Part shown: positions 29,360-38,541 of the stretch, piece by piece | How the letters are laid out: every line of letters starts with the position of its first letter | How positions within the stretch are numbered: position 1 is the first letter of the stretch | From: an uncultured Nitrososphaerota archaeon | Lineage (GTDB): Archaea; Thermoproteota; Nitrososphaeria; Nitrososphaerales; Gagatemarchaeaceae | Length of the DNA: 64,000 nt | Reading direction: 5' to 3' | Assembly: GCA_963838925.1 (NCBI GenBank) | Contig: CAWISW010000002.1 | Location: forward strand, 448,001-512,000 | Program-made: the position numbers and the translations under genes | The notes under the pieces: model-generated | What the model was told of the DNA's origin: nothing | Seen by the model: the letters and a program-made list of their open reading frames with translations, nothing else | Database searches by the model: none

Positions 29360-31080
29360 GTGTAGTTCAGTACCTTCTGTCTTGTCTCGGCGATGAACTC
29401 GTCGAGCTTCACGCCGTACCTCACGTCTCCCTCTCGGGCTCTCACGGCCACCGTGCCTGCATCCTCCTCTTTGGAGCCTATCACCAGCATGTAGGGGACC
29501 TTCTGGAGCTGCGCGTCCCTGATCTTCCCCCCAATCGTGCCGCTGGCGAAGTCCCTCTCGACCCTCAGGCCGCCATCGGCAAGGCCCTGTGCGACCTTCT
29601 CCGCGTATCCCTTGTTCTCGTCGGAGACCGGCAGGACCCTGACCTGCACCGGGGCGATCCAGACGGGGAACCTGCCCTGCACGTGCTCGGTATAGACCCC
29701 GATGAACCTCTCGAGCGAGCCCAGTATGGCGCGGTGAATCACCACCGGCACGTGGTCCTTCCCGTCCGAGCCGGCGTAGGTCAGCTTGAACCTCTGTGGG
29801 AGCTGGTAGTCGAGCTGGATCGTCGAGTTCTGCCACTCCCTCCCCATCGAGTCCTTGATGTCCACGTCTATCTTGGGGCCGTAGAACGCTCCGTCCTTGT
29901 CCTTCACCTTGTAGGTCAGCCCCTTCGCCTCCATCACCCGGGCTAGGGTCCCCTCCGCCTTCTCCCAGAACTCCCGTGTGCCCATGTGGTCGTCGGGCAT
30001 CGTCGAGAGGTTGAGCTTGTACTCCAGGCGGAATATCTTGAAGACCCTGTCCAGGAGGTCTATCATCCCCTTCACCTCGCCCTCCACCTGCTCCTCCGTG
30101 GCGAAGATGTGGGCGTCGTCCTGCGAGAAGGACTTGACCCGGAAGAGCCCCGAGGCCACCCCGCTGAGCTCGTTCCTGTAGAGCGAGTCGAAGCACGAGA
30201 CCCGGAGCGGGAGCTCCCTGAAGCTCCACCTCCTCGTCCTGTAGAACAGCATGGTCGGCGGGCAGTTCATCGGCTTGAGGCCGAACTCCTCGTCTCCCAT
30301 CTGCGTGAGGAAGAGGTTCTGCTTGTAGTGGTCCCAGTGGCCGCTAACCCTCCAGAGGGCGTTGCTCACCAGCCCGGGGGTGCTGATCTCGATGTACCCG
30401 CCCTTTGCCAGCTCGCCGCGCATGAACTCGATCAGGAGGTTCCTGAGCTTCAGCCCCTTGTTGTGCCAGTAGACCATGCCCGGCGAGGGCTCCTGGAAGC
30501 TGAAGAGGTCCAGCCTCTCGCCTATGATCCGGTGGTCCGTCTCCGGGAGCCCCGCGAAGTCGCTCTTCCTTATGCGCGAGAACAGCTGCTCCTCGGTCAT
30601 CTCCTGCTGCGGCCTCTTCTCGTGGGCCGGGGCGGCCTCGGCCTTCGCGCCTGCAGGCGCGGGCGCGACGTTGGAGTAGATCCTCGACTGCTCGGCTAGG
30701 GGATGGCCCTTCACCTTGATCTGGAAGGCCTTGTTCCAGCCGAAGGGGGCGCGATGGGTCTCGAGCCCTGCCTCCCTCGCCATCCTCTCCATCGTCCTCA
30801 GCTCCTCCAGCGCCTCCTTCGGCCGCGCCAGGTTCGGGCTGAGGTGCGCGTACGGGTATATGATTATCTTATTGACCTTGAGCTTCTCCAGGAAGGACCT
30901 TGTGCCCTCTACCGCCTTCTTCGCGACCTCCTCGTCGTCCCCGGGCTCGACGCTCACGAAGAGCGCCACTATCTCCTCGAACCGCTGCTTCTTCTTGTCC
31001 GGGATCTCCTCCGCGGAAGAGATCTCCTTGCCTATCGGCTCGTACTCGATGAAGTCAAGGTGCTGCTGGAGTATCCTCAT
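29356..31080 (-). CDS. thrS: Threonyl-tRNA synthetase (archaeal editing domain fused)
   Basis: YPYAHLS, APFGW, KPMNCP, YRNELSG, GAFYGPKID, HRAILGSLERF. Confidence 0.95.
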   Translation of the reverse strand: MRILQQHLDFIEYEPIGKEISSAEEIPDKKKQRFEEIVALFVSVEPGDDEEVAKKAVEGTRSFLEKLKVNKIIIYPYAHLSPNLARPKEALEELRTMERMAREAGLETHRAPFGWNKAFQIKVKGHPLAEQSRIYSNVAPAPAGAKAEAAPAHEKRPQQEMTEEQLFSRIRKSDFAGLPETDHRIIGERLDLFSFQEPSPGMVYWHNKGLKLRNLLIEFMRGELAKGGYIEISTPGLVSNALWRVSGHWDHYKQNLFLTQMGDEEFGLKPMNCPPTMLFYRTRRWSFRELPLRVSCFDSLYRNELSGVASGLFRVKSFSQDDAHIFATEEQVEGEVKGMIDLLDRVFKIFRLEYKLNLSTMPDDHMGTREFWEKAEGTLARVMEAKGLTYKVKDKDGAFYGPKIDVDIKDSMGREWQNSTIQLDYQLPQRFKLTYAGSDGKDHVPVVIHRAILGSLERFIGVYTEHVQGRFPVWIAPVQVRVLPVSDENKGYAEKVAQGLADGGLRVERDFASGTIGGKIRDAQLQKVPYMLVIGSKEEDAGTVAVRAREGDVRYGVKLDEFIAETRQKVLNYT

Positions 31081-31101
31081 CTATCTTCGCCGTCGTCTTC
31101 C

Positions 31102-31308
31102 CTAGCCCCATCTGGCCCTTTCCATGTCCCTGTCCTTCTTCGTCGCCTTCTTCCACACCTTGGAGTGCTCGCGGCAAAGGTAGACCCGCTTCCCCTCGCC
31201 GCCCGCTGTGAGCCCGCTCCCCTTGAGAGTGTCCCTCCCCACCGACCTCTCGCTGGGGTTCTTGCAGCCGGTCACAGAGCACGCGACGCCTTTCTCGACT
31301 TTGCCCAT
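31102..31308 (-). CDS. Small zinc-finger protein
   Basis: CSVTGC...YLCREH; immediately upstream of thrS. Confidence 0.7.
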   Translation of the reverse strand: MGKVEKGVACSVTGCKNPSERSVGRDTLKGSGLTAGGEGKRVYLCREHSKVWKKATKKDRDMERARWG

Positions 31309-31399
31309 TCCGGATTCGGGCAGCCTAGTCCGTATTTATAGCATGTTCTGGTGCAGCTTATTACGAGCCGCGGCTCGACCGGCCAGCAGGGATACCTGC

Positions 31400-32005
31400 T
31401 TGCTCGACAGGCTGAGGGGGTCGCTGAAGGGTCTGCTGGAGTCGGCAGGCTCGGTGGCGGCGAAGATCATCCCGCGCCCAACGGCGTGGACGGTCATCGG
31501 CCTGTTCTTCGCGTTCCTGGCCTTCATCTACTACGGGGGAGGGGACCAGGTGGGAGGCGGGTTGCTCGTGATACTCGCCGGGCTGTTCGACGTGCTCGAC
31601 GGGGCGGTGGCGCGCGCGACGGGCCGCGTCAGCGTCCGCGGGGCGTTCCTCGACTCGACGTTGGACAGGGTCTCGGAGGTGGTGGTCTTCCTCGGGATAC
31701 TCTTGGGCGGGTTCGTGAGCCCGTTCTTCGTGCTGCTCGCACTGTCCTTCAGCCTGCTGGTCAGCTACACCCGCGCGAAGGGAGACGCCCTGGGGGTGAA
31801 CCTCGCGGGGGTAGGGGTTGGCGAGAGGAGCGAGAGGCTGGTGGTGCTCATCGTGACCTCGCTTCTCTCGATAGTCGGGCTTGGGGTGCTCCTCATAGCG
31901 ATCCTCGCGCTCATCACCTTCGTCCAGAGGACGGTGAAGGTCAACAGGGCGCTCGGGCGCGCCCAAAAGGCGGAAGCTCCCGCTCCCCAGCCTACAGCCC
32001 CCTGA
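31400..32005 (+). CDS. CDP-alcohol phosphatidyltransferase (archaetidylinositol phosphate synthase-like)
   Basis: DVLDGAVARATG...GAFLDSTLDR, SYTRAK, GERSER; TTG start at 31400. Confidence 0.88.
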   Translation: MLDRLRGSLKGLLESAGSVAAKIIPRPTAWTVIGLFFAFLAFIYYGGGDQVGGGLLVILAGLFDVLDGAVARATGRVSVRGAFLDSTLDRVSEVVVFLGILLGGFVSPFFVLLALSFSLLVSYTRAKGDALGVNLAGVGVGERSERLVVLIVTSLLSIVGLGVLLIAILALITFVQRTVKVNRALGRAQKAEAPAPQPTAP

Positions 32006-32026
32006 CGGGGCTGCGACTGGTGCGTC

Positions 32027-32305
32027 TCAGAACTTGTTGTGTCGCTCTGACTTTGCTCTGACGTTCACTATCCCGTAATGTACGGAACAGCTGATGCAGT
32101 AATAGCGAACGGTTATGGGAGCCGCAATGTAAGCGCCGGCCGCCCTGAGCTCCCGAGCGAGCAGGGGTTCGACCATGCTGAGCCGCGTCGTCACCTTCTT
32201 GGCCTTGTCCCTCGGGACGTGCGCGCCGCAGTTGCTGCATGAAATGAAGCCGGAGCTGCCCTTTCCGCCCTTCGATCTTCCCCGGCTCTTTCTCTTCTTT
32301 GTCAT
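32027..32305 (-). CDS. rps26e: 30S ribosomal protein S26e
   Basis: MTKKRKSRGRSKG, CSNCGAHVPRDKAKK, YCISCSVH. Confidence 0.95.
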   Translation of the reverse strand: MTKKRKSRGRSKGGKGSSGFISCSNCGAHVPRDKAKKVTTRLSMVEPLLARELRAAGAYIAAPITVRYYCISCSVHYGIVNVRAKSERHNKF

Positions 32306-32421
32306 CCTGAATACCGAGAAAGGCGCCGCCAAGGCCTGTTTAAAAGCTTGGGGCGCGCCGACTGGGTCGTAAGACCCCAGCAAGTCTTAAGACGCTTCCA
32401 AAGTGGAGAGGGGGAACAGGG

Positions 32422-33321
32422 TTGAACGTCCTCGTCGCCGGCTTCATCACCATCGACAGGATCGAGCTCAACATGCGGCAGATCACCTCCATAGGCGGCC
32501 CTCCCTGCTACGCGGGCCTCCTGTGCTCCAGGTTCGGGTTCGACGTCACCCCTCTCACGAAGATAGGCCCGGACTTCCCCGACGAGCAGATAGTCTGGCT
32601 GGCGCGCAACGGGCTCCAGCTCCGCGCGATCGACAGGAGCAGCACGAAGAAGACCACCCGCTTCAAGCTGGTGAACAAGGGCGAGGAGAGGTCGCTCTAC
32701 CTGGTCGAGAGGTGCGAGGACCTCAGCGTCGAGCAGGTCCCGGACAAGCAGTTCAACGCCTCCCTGATCAGCCCCCTCGCCCACGAGGTCTCCACCCAGG
32801 TGTTCGAGGAGGTGCGGAAGCGGTCCGACTTTTGCTTCCTCGACCCGCAGGGTTTCGTCAGGATGTTCGACGCCTCTGGCCGCGTAGTGATAGACAGCTG
32901 GAACGACGAGAGGGTCCTCGGCAACGTGGACGCGCTGAAGATGGACCTCGAGGAGGCGAACGCGCTCACGGGGACTTCCGACGGGAAGGCCGCCCTCACC
33001 AAGCTCTCGAAGAAGGTCCGCAAGGCGGTCGTGACCAGGGGCAGCGAGCCTGCGCTCGTCCTCGACGGGAACAAGATCTCCCAGGTCGAGGTCCCCAAGG
33101 TCAAGGTGGTGGACAGCACCGGCGCGGGGGACATCTTCGCGGGTGCGCTGATCAGCTGCTTCCTGCGCTCGAGGGACTTTCTGTGGTCTTGCTGCTTCGG
33201 GATAGCCGCGTCGTCGCTCTCCCTGACCTCCGTCGCCCTGACCAAGATCGAGCTCCCCCGGAGCGTGGACGCACAGGCGAGGAAGCTCTACGCGTCCGCG
33301 ACCACGGTCCAGACCGTCTGA
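32422..33321 (+). CDS. PfkB/ribokinase-family kinase
   Basis: GGPPCY, DPQGFVR, DSTGAGDIF. Confidence 0.88.
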   Translation: MNVLVAGFITIDRIELNMRQITSIGGPPCYAGLLCSRFGFDVTPLTKIGPDFPDEQIVWLARNGLQLRAIDRSSTKKTTRFKLVNKGEERSLYLVERCEDLSVEQVPDKQFNASLISPLAHEVSTQVFEEVRKRSDFCFLDPQGFVRMFDASGRVVIDSWNDERVLGNVDALKMDLEEANALTGTSDGKAALTKLSKKVRKAVVTRGSEPALVLDGNKISQVEVPKVKVVDSTGAGDIFAGALISCFLRSRDFLWSCCFGIAASSLSLTSVALTKIELPRSVDAQARKLYASATTVQTV

Positions 33322-33323
33322 GC

Positions 33324-34757
33324 TCAGTACGCTTTCGCTAGGTACGCGAGCTCTATGCCCTTCGACCCGCACCAAGTGCAGGACTGGGCGTGCTTCTCCT
33401 CGACGTCGACCCTCCTCCCGCGGACCTCGTACCCTCCGGTCAGCGCCTTGATCTCACTGGCGCACTCGTCCCTCCCGCAGAACGTGAACCTGATGAACCC
33501 GCCCTCGCCCCCGGCCTTCGCCAGCAGCGCCTCCCTCGAGGGGGCGTCGTGGATGTTGGAGTTGAGCCATGCCCACGCCCTCCTTGAGAGCTCGGAGAGG
33601 ATCTCCTGCTCGAGGGCGGCCAGCCTTGCCACGAGGGCGTCCTCCGGGACGCTCTCCCTCTTCCTGAGGTCCCTGCGCGTGACGGTGAGGACCTTGCTCT
33701 CGGCCTCCCTCGGGCCTATCTCGACCCTCACAGGAGTGCCGAGCATCTCCCAACGGTAGAACTTCTCGCCCGCGGTTTCCGAGCCGTCGTCGACCTCGAC
33801 CCTGTAGCCCGCCTTCTCGAGCTTGCCCTCGAGGGCGCGCGCGTAGTCCACCAGTGACGGCTCGTTCCGGATTGGGATAACAACAACCTGCGTCATTGCC
33901 GCCTTGAAGGGCAGCACGAGCCCGTACTCGTCGCCGTGGACTGAGATGACCAGCGCCGCGATCCTCGAGACCCCCGGGCCGAAGCACGTGGACTCGGGCA
34001 CGACCTTCTGCCCCTCGGCCGAGAGGAAGGAGACCCCGAAGGGGGCGGTGAACCTCTTCCCCAGCAGGTGCGTGGTCGCCGACTGGAGGACCTGCTTGTC
34101 CGGCAGGATCACGTCGTACGCCAGGCTCCGCTCAGCGCCGGGGAACCTGTCGAAGGGCTCCCTCTCGATGGGCAGGAACGGGAGGGCGAACTCCTCGAAC
34201 GTCTTTCGGGTTATCTCCATGTCCTCCTTGAGCTGGGCCTCGGCCTCCTCCTTCTTCGCGAAGACGTCGTGCGACTCCACCCAGAGGAACTCCCTTCCCC
34301 TGAACAGGGGGCGCGTGGCCTTGGTCTCGTGGCGGTATACGGCGCAGGACTGGAAGGCCTTGAGCGGGAGGTCCCTGTAGCTCCTTATCCACAGGGCGTA
34401 CATCGGGTATATCGCGGTCTCGGAGGTCGGCCTGATGAACAGCCTCTCCTCGAGCTCCTCGCCACCAGCCTTCTCGACGGAGAAGACCTGGTTCTCGAAG
34501 CCCTTGACGTGCTCCTTCTCCACGAGGAGGTTCTTGTAGGGTATCAAGAGCGGGAAGAGCATCGCCCTGTGCCCGCTCGCTATCAGGTGCCTCTCGAGCG
34601 TCTCGTAGATCTCCCTGATGACGTGCATGAGGTTTGGCCGAAAGACCACGAACCCCTTCACGCCGTAGCGCACGTCCGCCAGCTCTGCCTTCTCCGAGAC
34701 GAGGTCGTACCACTCGCCGAACTGCTTGAGCTTGTCAGGGAGGGGTGCCTTCGCCAA
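33324..34757 (-). CDS. proS: Prolyl-tRNA synthetase (archaeal type)
   Basis: EKEHVKGF, RPTSET, YRHETKATRPLFRGREF, C-terminal AKAY. Confidence 0.95.
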   Translation of the reverse strand: MAKAPLPDKLKQFGEWYDLVSEKAELADVRYGVKGFVVFRPNLMHVIREIYETLERHLIASGHRAMLFPLLIPYKNLLVEKEHVKGFENQVFSVEKAGGEELEERLFIRPTSETAIYPMYALWIRSYRDLPLKAFQSCAVYRHETKATRPLFRGREFLWVESHDVFAKKEEAEAQLKEDMEITRKTFEEFALPFLPIEREPFDRFPGAERSLAYDVILPDKQVLQSATTHLLGKRFTAPFGVSFLSAEGQKVVPESTCFGPGVSRIAALVISVHGDEYGLVLPFKAAMTQVVVIPIRNEPSLVDYARALEGKLEKAGYRVEVDDGSETAGEKFYRWEMLGTPVRVEIGPREAESKVLTVTRRDLRKRESVPEDALVARLAALEQEILSELSRRAWAWLNSNIHDAPSREALLAKAGGEGGFIRFTFCGRDECASEIKALTGGYEVRGRRVDVEEKHAQSCTWCGSKGIELAYLAKAY

Positions 34758-34816
34758 CGATTTCCGTGCGCCCGCGCCTCCTACGAGATTTAAGGCTTCG
34801 GCGCGCCGAGGGCCCC

Positions 34817-35437
34817 TCAAAGGCCGGCGAGGCTGGTGACGATGACCGTCGCCCCCAACACAGTGAACACGGCGATCGACAGGAACTTGATCCTCTTGGG
34901 AGAAAGGAGCCTCCCCAGCCTATTCCCGAGGGCGGTCTCCACCGCGACGGCCGCAATCAGCCCCACGACGGCCCCGAAGAATACGGCGAAGACGTCCTGG
35001 AACCTCGCGAGGAAGACGATCGTCAGGACCTCCGTGGCGTCCCCTGCCAGGTCCAGCGCGATGAGGGTGAGCACCGCAGGGACAAATATCGACCACGCGC
35101 TGGTCCCGCGCCTGCTGAGGAGCCTCTCCTCCCTCTCCTCAGCCCCGCGTTCCTCGTTGGCGAACCTGTAGTACTCCCAGGCTGCGTATGCGAGCATGAT
35201 CGCGCCGCCCGCGAGCTTGACGGCGACCACGGGGACGAACGCGATGAGCACCGACCCCAACAGGACGATTATGGCCGTCGTTATCGTGAAGGCGACAGAG
35301 CCTGCCGCGAAGACGAGCGACGCCTTCGTCTTCGTCGCCAGGGCCAGCAGGAAGAGCGCGTCCTTGTCGGTCAGCTCGGCCACGAAGATGGTCCCCATCG
35401 TGGTGAGAAGCGCCGTGAGAAGCATGGCGTCCGCCAA
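34817..35437 (-). CDS. TMEM165/GDT1 (UPF0016) Ca2+/Mn2+ transporter
   Basis: FVAELTDK and LDLAGDAT copies of the ExGDK/T motif, six TM helices. Confidence 0.8.
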   Translation of the reverse strand: MADAMLLTALLTTMGTIFVAELTDKDALFLLALATKTKASLVFAAGSVAFTITTAIIVLLGSVLIAFVPVVAVKLAGGAIMLAYAAWEYYRFANEERGAEEREERLLSRRGTSAWSIFVPAVLTLIALDLAGDATEVLTIVFLARFQDVFAVFFGAVVGLIAAVAVETALGNRLGRLLSPKRIKFLSIAVFTVLGATVIVTSLAGL

Positions 35438-35570
35438 TCACTCCGCCCCCCCGGACGACGAGAGACCCAATCCGACCGACACCTCGCCCGGCCTTCGCGT
35501 AAAGGCTTTCCCGCCCGTACGCGAGGAAGAGTGATATCTGCCCCCTGCGGTGGCATGACGAGATACCCAC

Positions 35571-36443
35571 GTGGGAAAGCTAACGATAGGCTTCCAGGGG
35601 GAGCACGGCGCCTACAGCGAGGAGGCGATCTTCAAGCAGTTCGGGAGGGACGTCAAGACCGTCCCGACCCCGAGCATCCACGAGGTCTTCAACCTGGTGG
35701 AGGCGGGGGCCGTGGACCTGGGGGTCGTCCCGGTCGAGAACTCCGTGGAGGGCAGCATCAACGAGACCTACGACATGCTCGTCTCGTCGAACCTGAGCGT
35801 CGTCGGCGAGGTCGTCCTTCGCGTCGTCCACTGCCTAATCGCCCTTCCCGCCGCAAAGCTCGGCGGAATCAAGGTGGTGTACTCTCATCCCCAGGCACTC
35901 GCCCAGTGCAGGAACTTCGTGACGTCGATGGGGGTCGACCCCATCGTGACATACGACACCGCGGGCAGCGTGAAGATGATCAAGGAGAAGCGCCTCGAGG
36001 GCGCCGCGGCCATCGCCGGGGAGAGGGCCGCGGAGATCTACGGGCTCAAGGTGCTCAAGAAGGGGATAGAGGACTACTCCACGAACTCCACAAGGTTCCT
36101 GATAGTCTCGAGGGACTCGACCGAGCGCGGCCGGGCGCGCGGTCCGGGTGCGCGCAGGGCGGGCATAAGCTCGGGAAGCAAGACCTCGCTCATCTTCGCC
36201 GTCCCGCACACCCCGGGGTCGCTCTACAACGCCCTGGAGGTGTTCGCCAGGGAGAAGATCAACCTCACCAAGATCGAGTCGAGGCCGACGAAGGAGCGCC
36301 CGTGGGAGTACTACTTCTTCCTGGACTTTCAGGGGCACAGGGAGGACCGCAAGGTCGTCAAGGTGCTCACGGAGCTGGCCGCGAAGACCGCCTTCATGAA
36401 GGTCCTTGGCTCGTACCCTCGGTCCAAGGCTGATGGCTCCTGA
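35571..36443 (+). CDS. pheA: Prephenate dehydratase
   Basis: GAYSEEA, PVENSVEG, SHPQALAQC, NSTRF, LTKIESRP. Confidence 0.95.
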   Translation: MGKLTIGFQGEHGAYSEEAIFKQFGRDVKTVPTPSIHEVFNLVEAGAVDLGVVPVENSVEGSINETYDMLVSSNLSVVGEVVLRVVHCLIALPAAKLGGIKVVYSHPQALAQCRNFVTSMGVDPIVTYDTAGSVKMIKEKRLEGAAAIAGERAAEIYGLKVLKKGIEDYSTNSTRFLIVSRDSTERGRARGPGARRAGISSGSKTSLIFAVPHTPGSLYNALEVFAREKINLTKIESRPTKERPWEYYFFLDFQGHREDRKVVKVLTELAAKTAFMKVLGSYPRSKADGS

Positions 36444-37039
36444 TGTCCGCCGGCGCGACCCCCCTCGGCGACTCCCTCTCCCTGGTCTCGGAGGAGGTCA
36501 AAGTGTGCTCGAGGTGCCCCCTCCACTCCACGCGGACCAACGCGGTCCCCGGCGAGGGCCCGCAGGACGCCTCGGTCGTGATAATCGGGGAGGGGCCCGG
36601 ACGGAACGAGGACGCCCAGGGGAGGCCTTTCGTCGGGGCGGCGGGGAAGCAGCTCGACGGCCTGCTCAAGGAGGCCGGGCTGAGCAGGGGCGACGTCTAC
36701 ATAACCAACGTCGTGAAGTGCCGACCTCCCGAGAACCGGCGCCCCACGGTCGCGGAGGCCGACGCGTGTCGCCCCTACCTCGAGAGGCAGCTCGAGCTGC
36801 TTAGCCCGAAGGTCGTCGTCCTCCTCGGGGACAGCGCCTTGAAGCGCTTCCTGCCAGAGGAGACGCTGGGGGCTTGCCACGGGCGCGTCTTCAGGAGGGA
36901 GCGCTACGCGGTCTTCCCGACCTACCATCCTGCCGCCATGATCTACAACAGGTCCCTTGAGACCGTGACAAGGGAGGACTTTCGGGAGCTCGGGAGGTTC
37001 TTGGCGTCGGCAAAAGCCGGAGCCGTGAAGGCGGACTAG
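36443..37039 (+). CDS. udg: Uracil-DNA glycosylase family 4
   Basis: CSRC, GEGPG, PFVGAAG, NVVKCRPPENR, YHPAA. Confidence 0.93.
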   Translation: MSAGATPLGDSLSLVSEEVKVCSRCPLHSTRTNAVPGEGPQDASVVIIGEGPGRNEDAQGRPFVGAAGKQLDGLLKEAGLSRGDVYITNVVKCRPPENRRPTVAEADACRPYLERQLELLSPKVVVLLGDSALKRFLPEETLGACHGRVFRRERYAVFPTYHPAAMIYNRSLETVTREDFRELGRFLASAKAGAVKAD

Positions 37040-37635
37040 TCCTTCTTGGGGCGAACCAGGATGTAGGCAGCGACTAAGAGGAGTGTCAGCCCGACTCCCA
37101 GCCCGGCGGCCGTGTTGTGCTTGCCCAGCTCGTACAGCGAGACCGGCGAGACTATCAGCAGCGCGATCACCAAGGCGTTCCTCAGGTTCGCGCCCTGCAC
37201 CTTGAACGAGGGCAGTATCAGGAAGCTGAGGAAGACGAGGAGCGCTGGGAACACGAGGGGATATCTCCCGTCCAGCAGGTTGTAGACCATCGTGCTGGGG
37301 TTAAAGTCCGCGGAGTAGAGCGCCGCTATCACGGACAGAATCGTAGACGCCGCGGCTATCGCCTGCAGCCGGCCGCTTAGCTTGTTCAGGGCCGCCTTCC
37401 GGTCTTCTGGGGGTTCGGCGTTGAAGTCGAGCACAGCCGCAAACGCGACTGCGGCGAACCCTATCAGGAAGACCAGGGGGTTCTGGGAGACCTCGACGTA
37501 CACCAGCTGGGGCAGGATGGCCGAGAACCCGGCCCCCGACCAGAGGTAGAGGGCGTAAACGAAGTTGAGTATGAACGGTGCCACGTAGAGGAGGAGAGCG
37601 ACGTCCCCGTACTTCCCATACTCTGTCCTGCTCAA
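37036..37635 (-). CDS. Multi-pass membrane protein of unknown function
   Basis: About six TM segments; TTTAAC promoter-like element upstream. Confidence 0.7.
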   Translation of the reverse strand: MSRTEYGKYGDVALLLYVAPFILNFVYALYLWSGAGFSAILPQLVYVEVSQNPLVFLIGFAAVAFAAVLDFNAEPPEDRKAALNKLSGRLQAIAAASTILSVIAALYSADFNPSTMVYNLLDGRYPLVFPALLVFLSFLILPSFKVQGANLRNALVIALLIVSPVSLYELGKHNTAAGLGVGLTLLLVAAYILVRPKKD

Positions 37636-37694
37636 GGATATCCCCGCGCGCCCAAGGCCGGGTTAAAACTCTTCTCTTGCCGGCGAGTCGCCAT

Positions 37695-38462
37695 CTAGCC
37701 CATCTTCCTCCCGAAGACCAGGTAAGCCGTGTGAGCCACCATGAACATCGAGGGCCTGGTCATGCCCGTCCTCGCCTCGATGTTGCGCGCGATCAGCTCC
37801 AAGGTCTCCGTCGCCACGAAGCCCTCGTCGTGGAGGGTCTGTACGAGCTTCTCGCACTGGTTCATCGTCGGGCAGATCGCGGCCAACATGGCAGAGGGGG
37901 CCAGCGCCTCCTTGACGGGCTTGACGAGCTCCCATGGGTCGCCCATGTCGATCAGCGCCGCGTCGAGGTCCCTCTCCTCGACCCCGAGCTTGGCGTCCTG
38001 GGTCTTCAGCGTGACGTTCTCGGCCAGCCCGAACCTCTCGAGGTTCCTCTTCGCCCCCGCCTGGAACTCCCCGTTGATGTCGTAGCTGAACACCCGCCCC
38101 CCGGGCGCCACGGAGTACGCCATGGCAGCGGTCGCGGCCCCGCTCCCTGTCCCCGCCTCGAAGACCCTGCTCCCGGAGTGTATCCCGCACTTTATGATTA
38201 TCATGCCGATGTCCTTGGGGTAGATGACCTGCGTCCTCCTCGAGAACTTCATGACGATGTCCTCAAGGGTGGGCTTTAGTATCATCAGCTCGTCGTTCAG
38301 GGTCGTCATCACCTTGGTGCCGTAGTCCTGGCCCACCAGTGCCTTGAGGTCGAGGATGCCCAGGTGGGTGTGGAGCTTCGGCGTCTCGGATGCCCTGACC
38401 AGCCACTTCCTCCTCCTGTCCCTGTAGACGAGGATGAAGGAGTCGGCCGTGATCTTTTCCAT
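37695..38462 (-). CDS. trmI: tRNA (adenine57/58-N1)-methyltransferase
   Basis: HTHLG, RRTQVIYPKD, EAGTGSG, DMGDPW, HTAYL. Confidence 0.93.
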   Translation of the reverse strand: MEKITADSFILVYRDRRRKWLVRASETPKLHTHLGILDLKALVGQDYGTKVMTTLNDELMILKPTLEDIVMKFSRRTQVIYPKDIGMIIIKCGIHSGSRVFEAGTGSGAATAAMAYSVAPGGRVFSYDINGEFQAGAKRNLERFGLAENVTLKTQDAKLGVEERDLDAALIDMGDPWELVKPVKEALAPSAMLAAICPTMNQCEKLVQTLHDEGFVATETLELIARNIEARTGMTRPSMFMVAHTAYLVFGRKMG

Positions 38463-38541
38463 GCTGACTGTCCGCGGCCCGTCGCCGAGCGTTTTTAGTC
38501 CTTTACTTTTTCCGTGCAGCTCTCACGGTGGCGCTCGAAGC

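Noticed and set aside
35438-35570. yybP-ykoY Mn riboswitch upstream of the TMEM165 gene
   Set aside because: A CGCGTA/TACGCG stem exists but the conserved riboswitch loop motifs are not recognisable; region is a divergent promoter
34745-36433. Long alternative-frame ORFs (e.g. 562 aa here, also 28802-30229, 46993-48405, 58760-60214)
   Set aside because: Arg/Gly/Pro-rich shadow ORFs overlapping well-supported genes, expected at high GC
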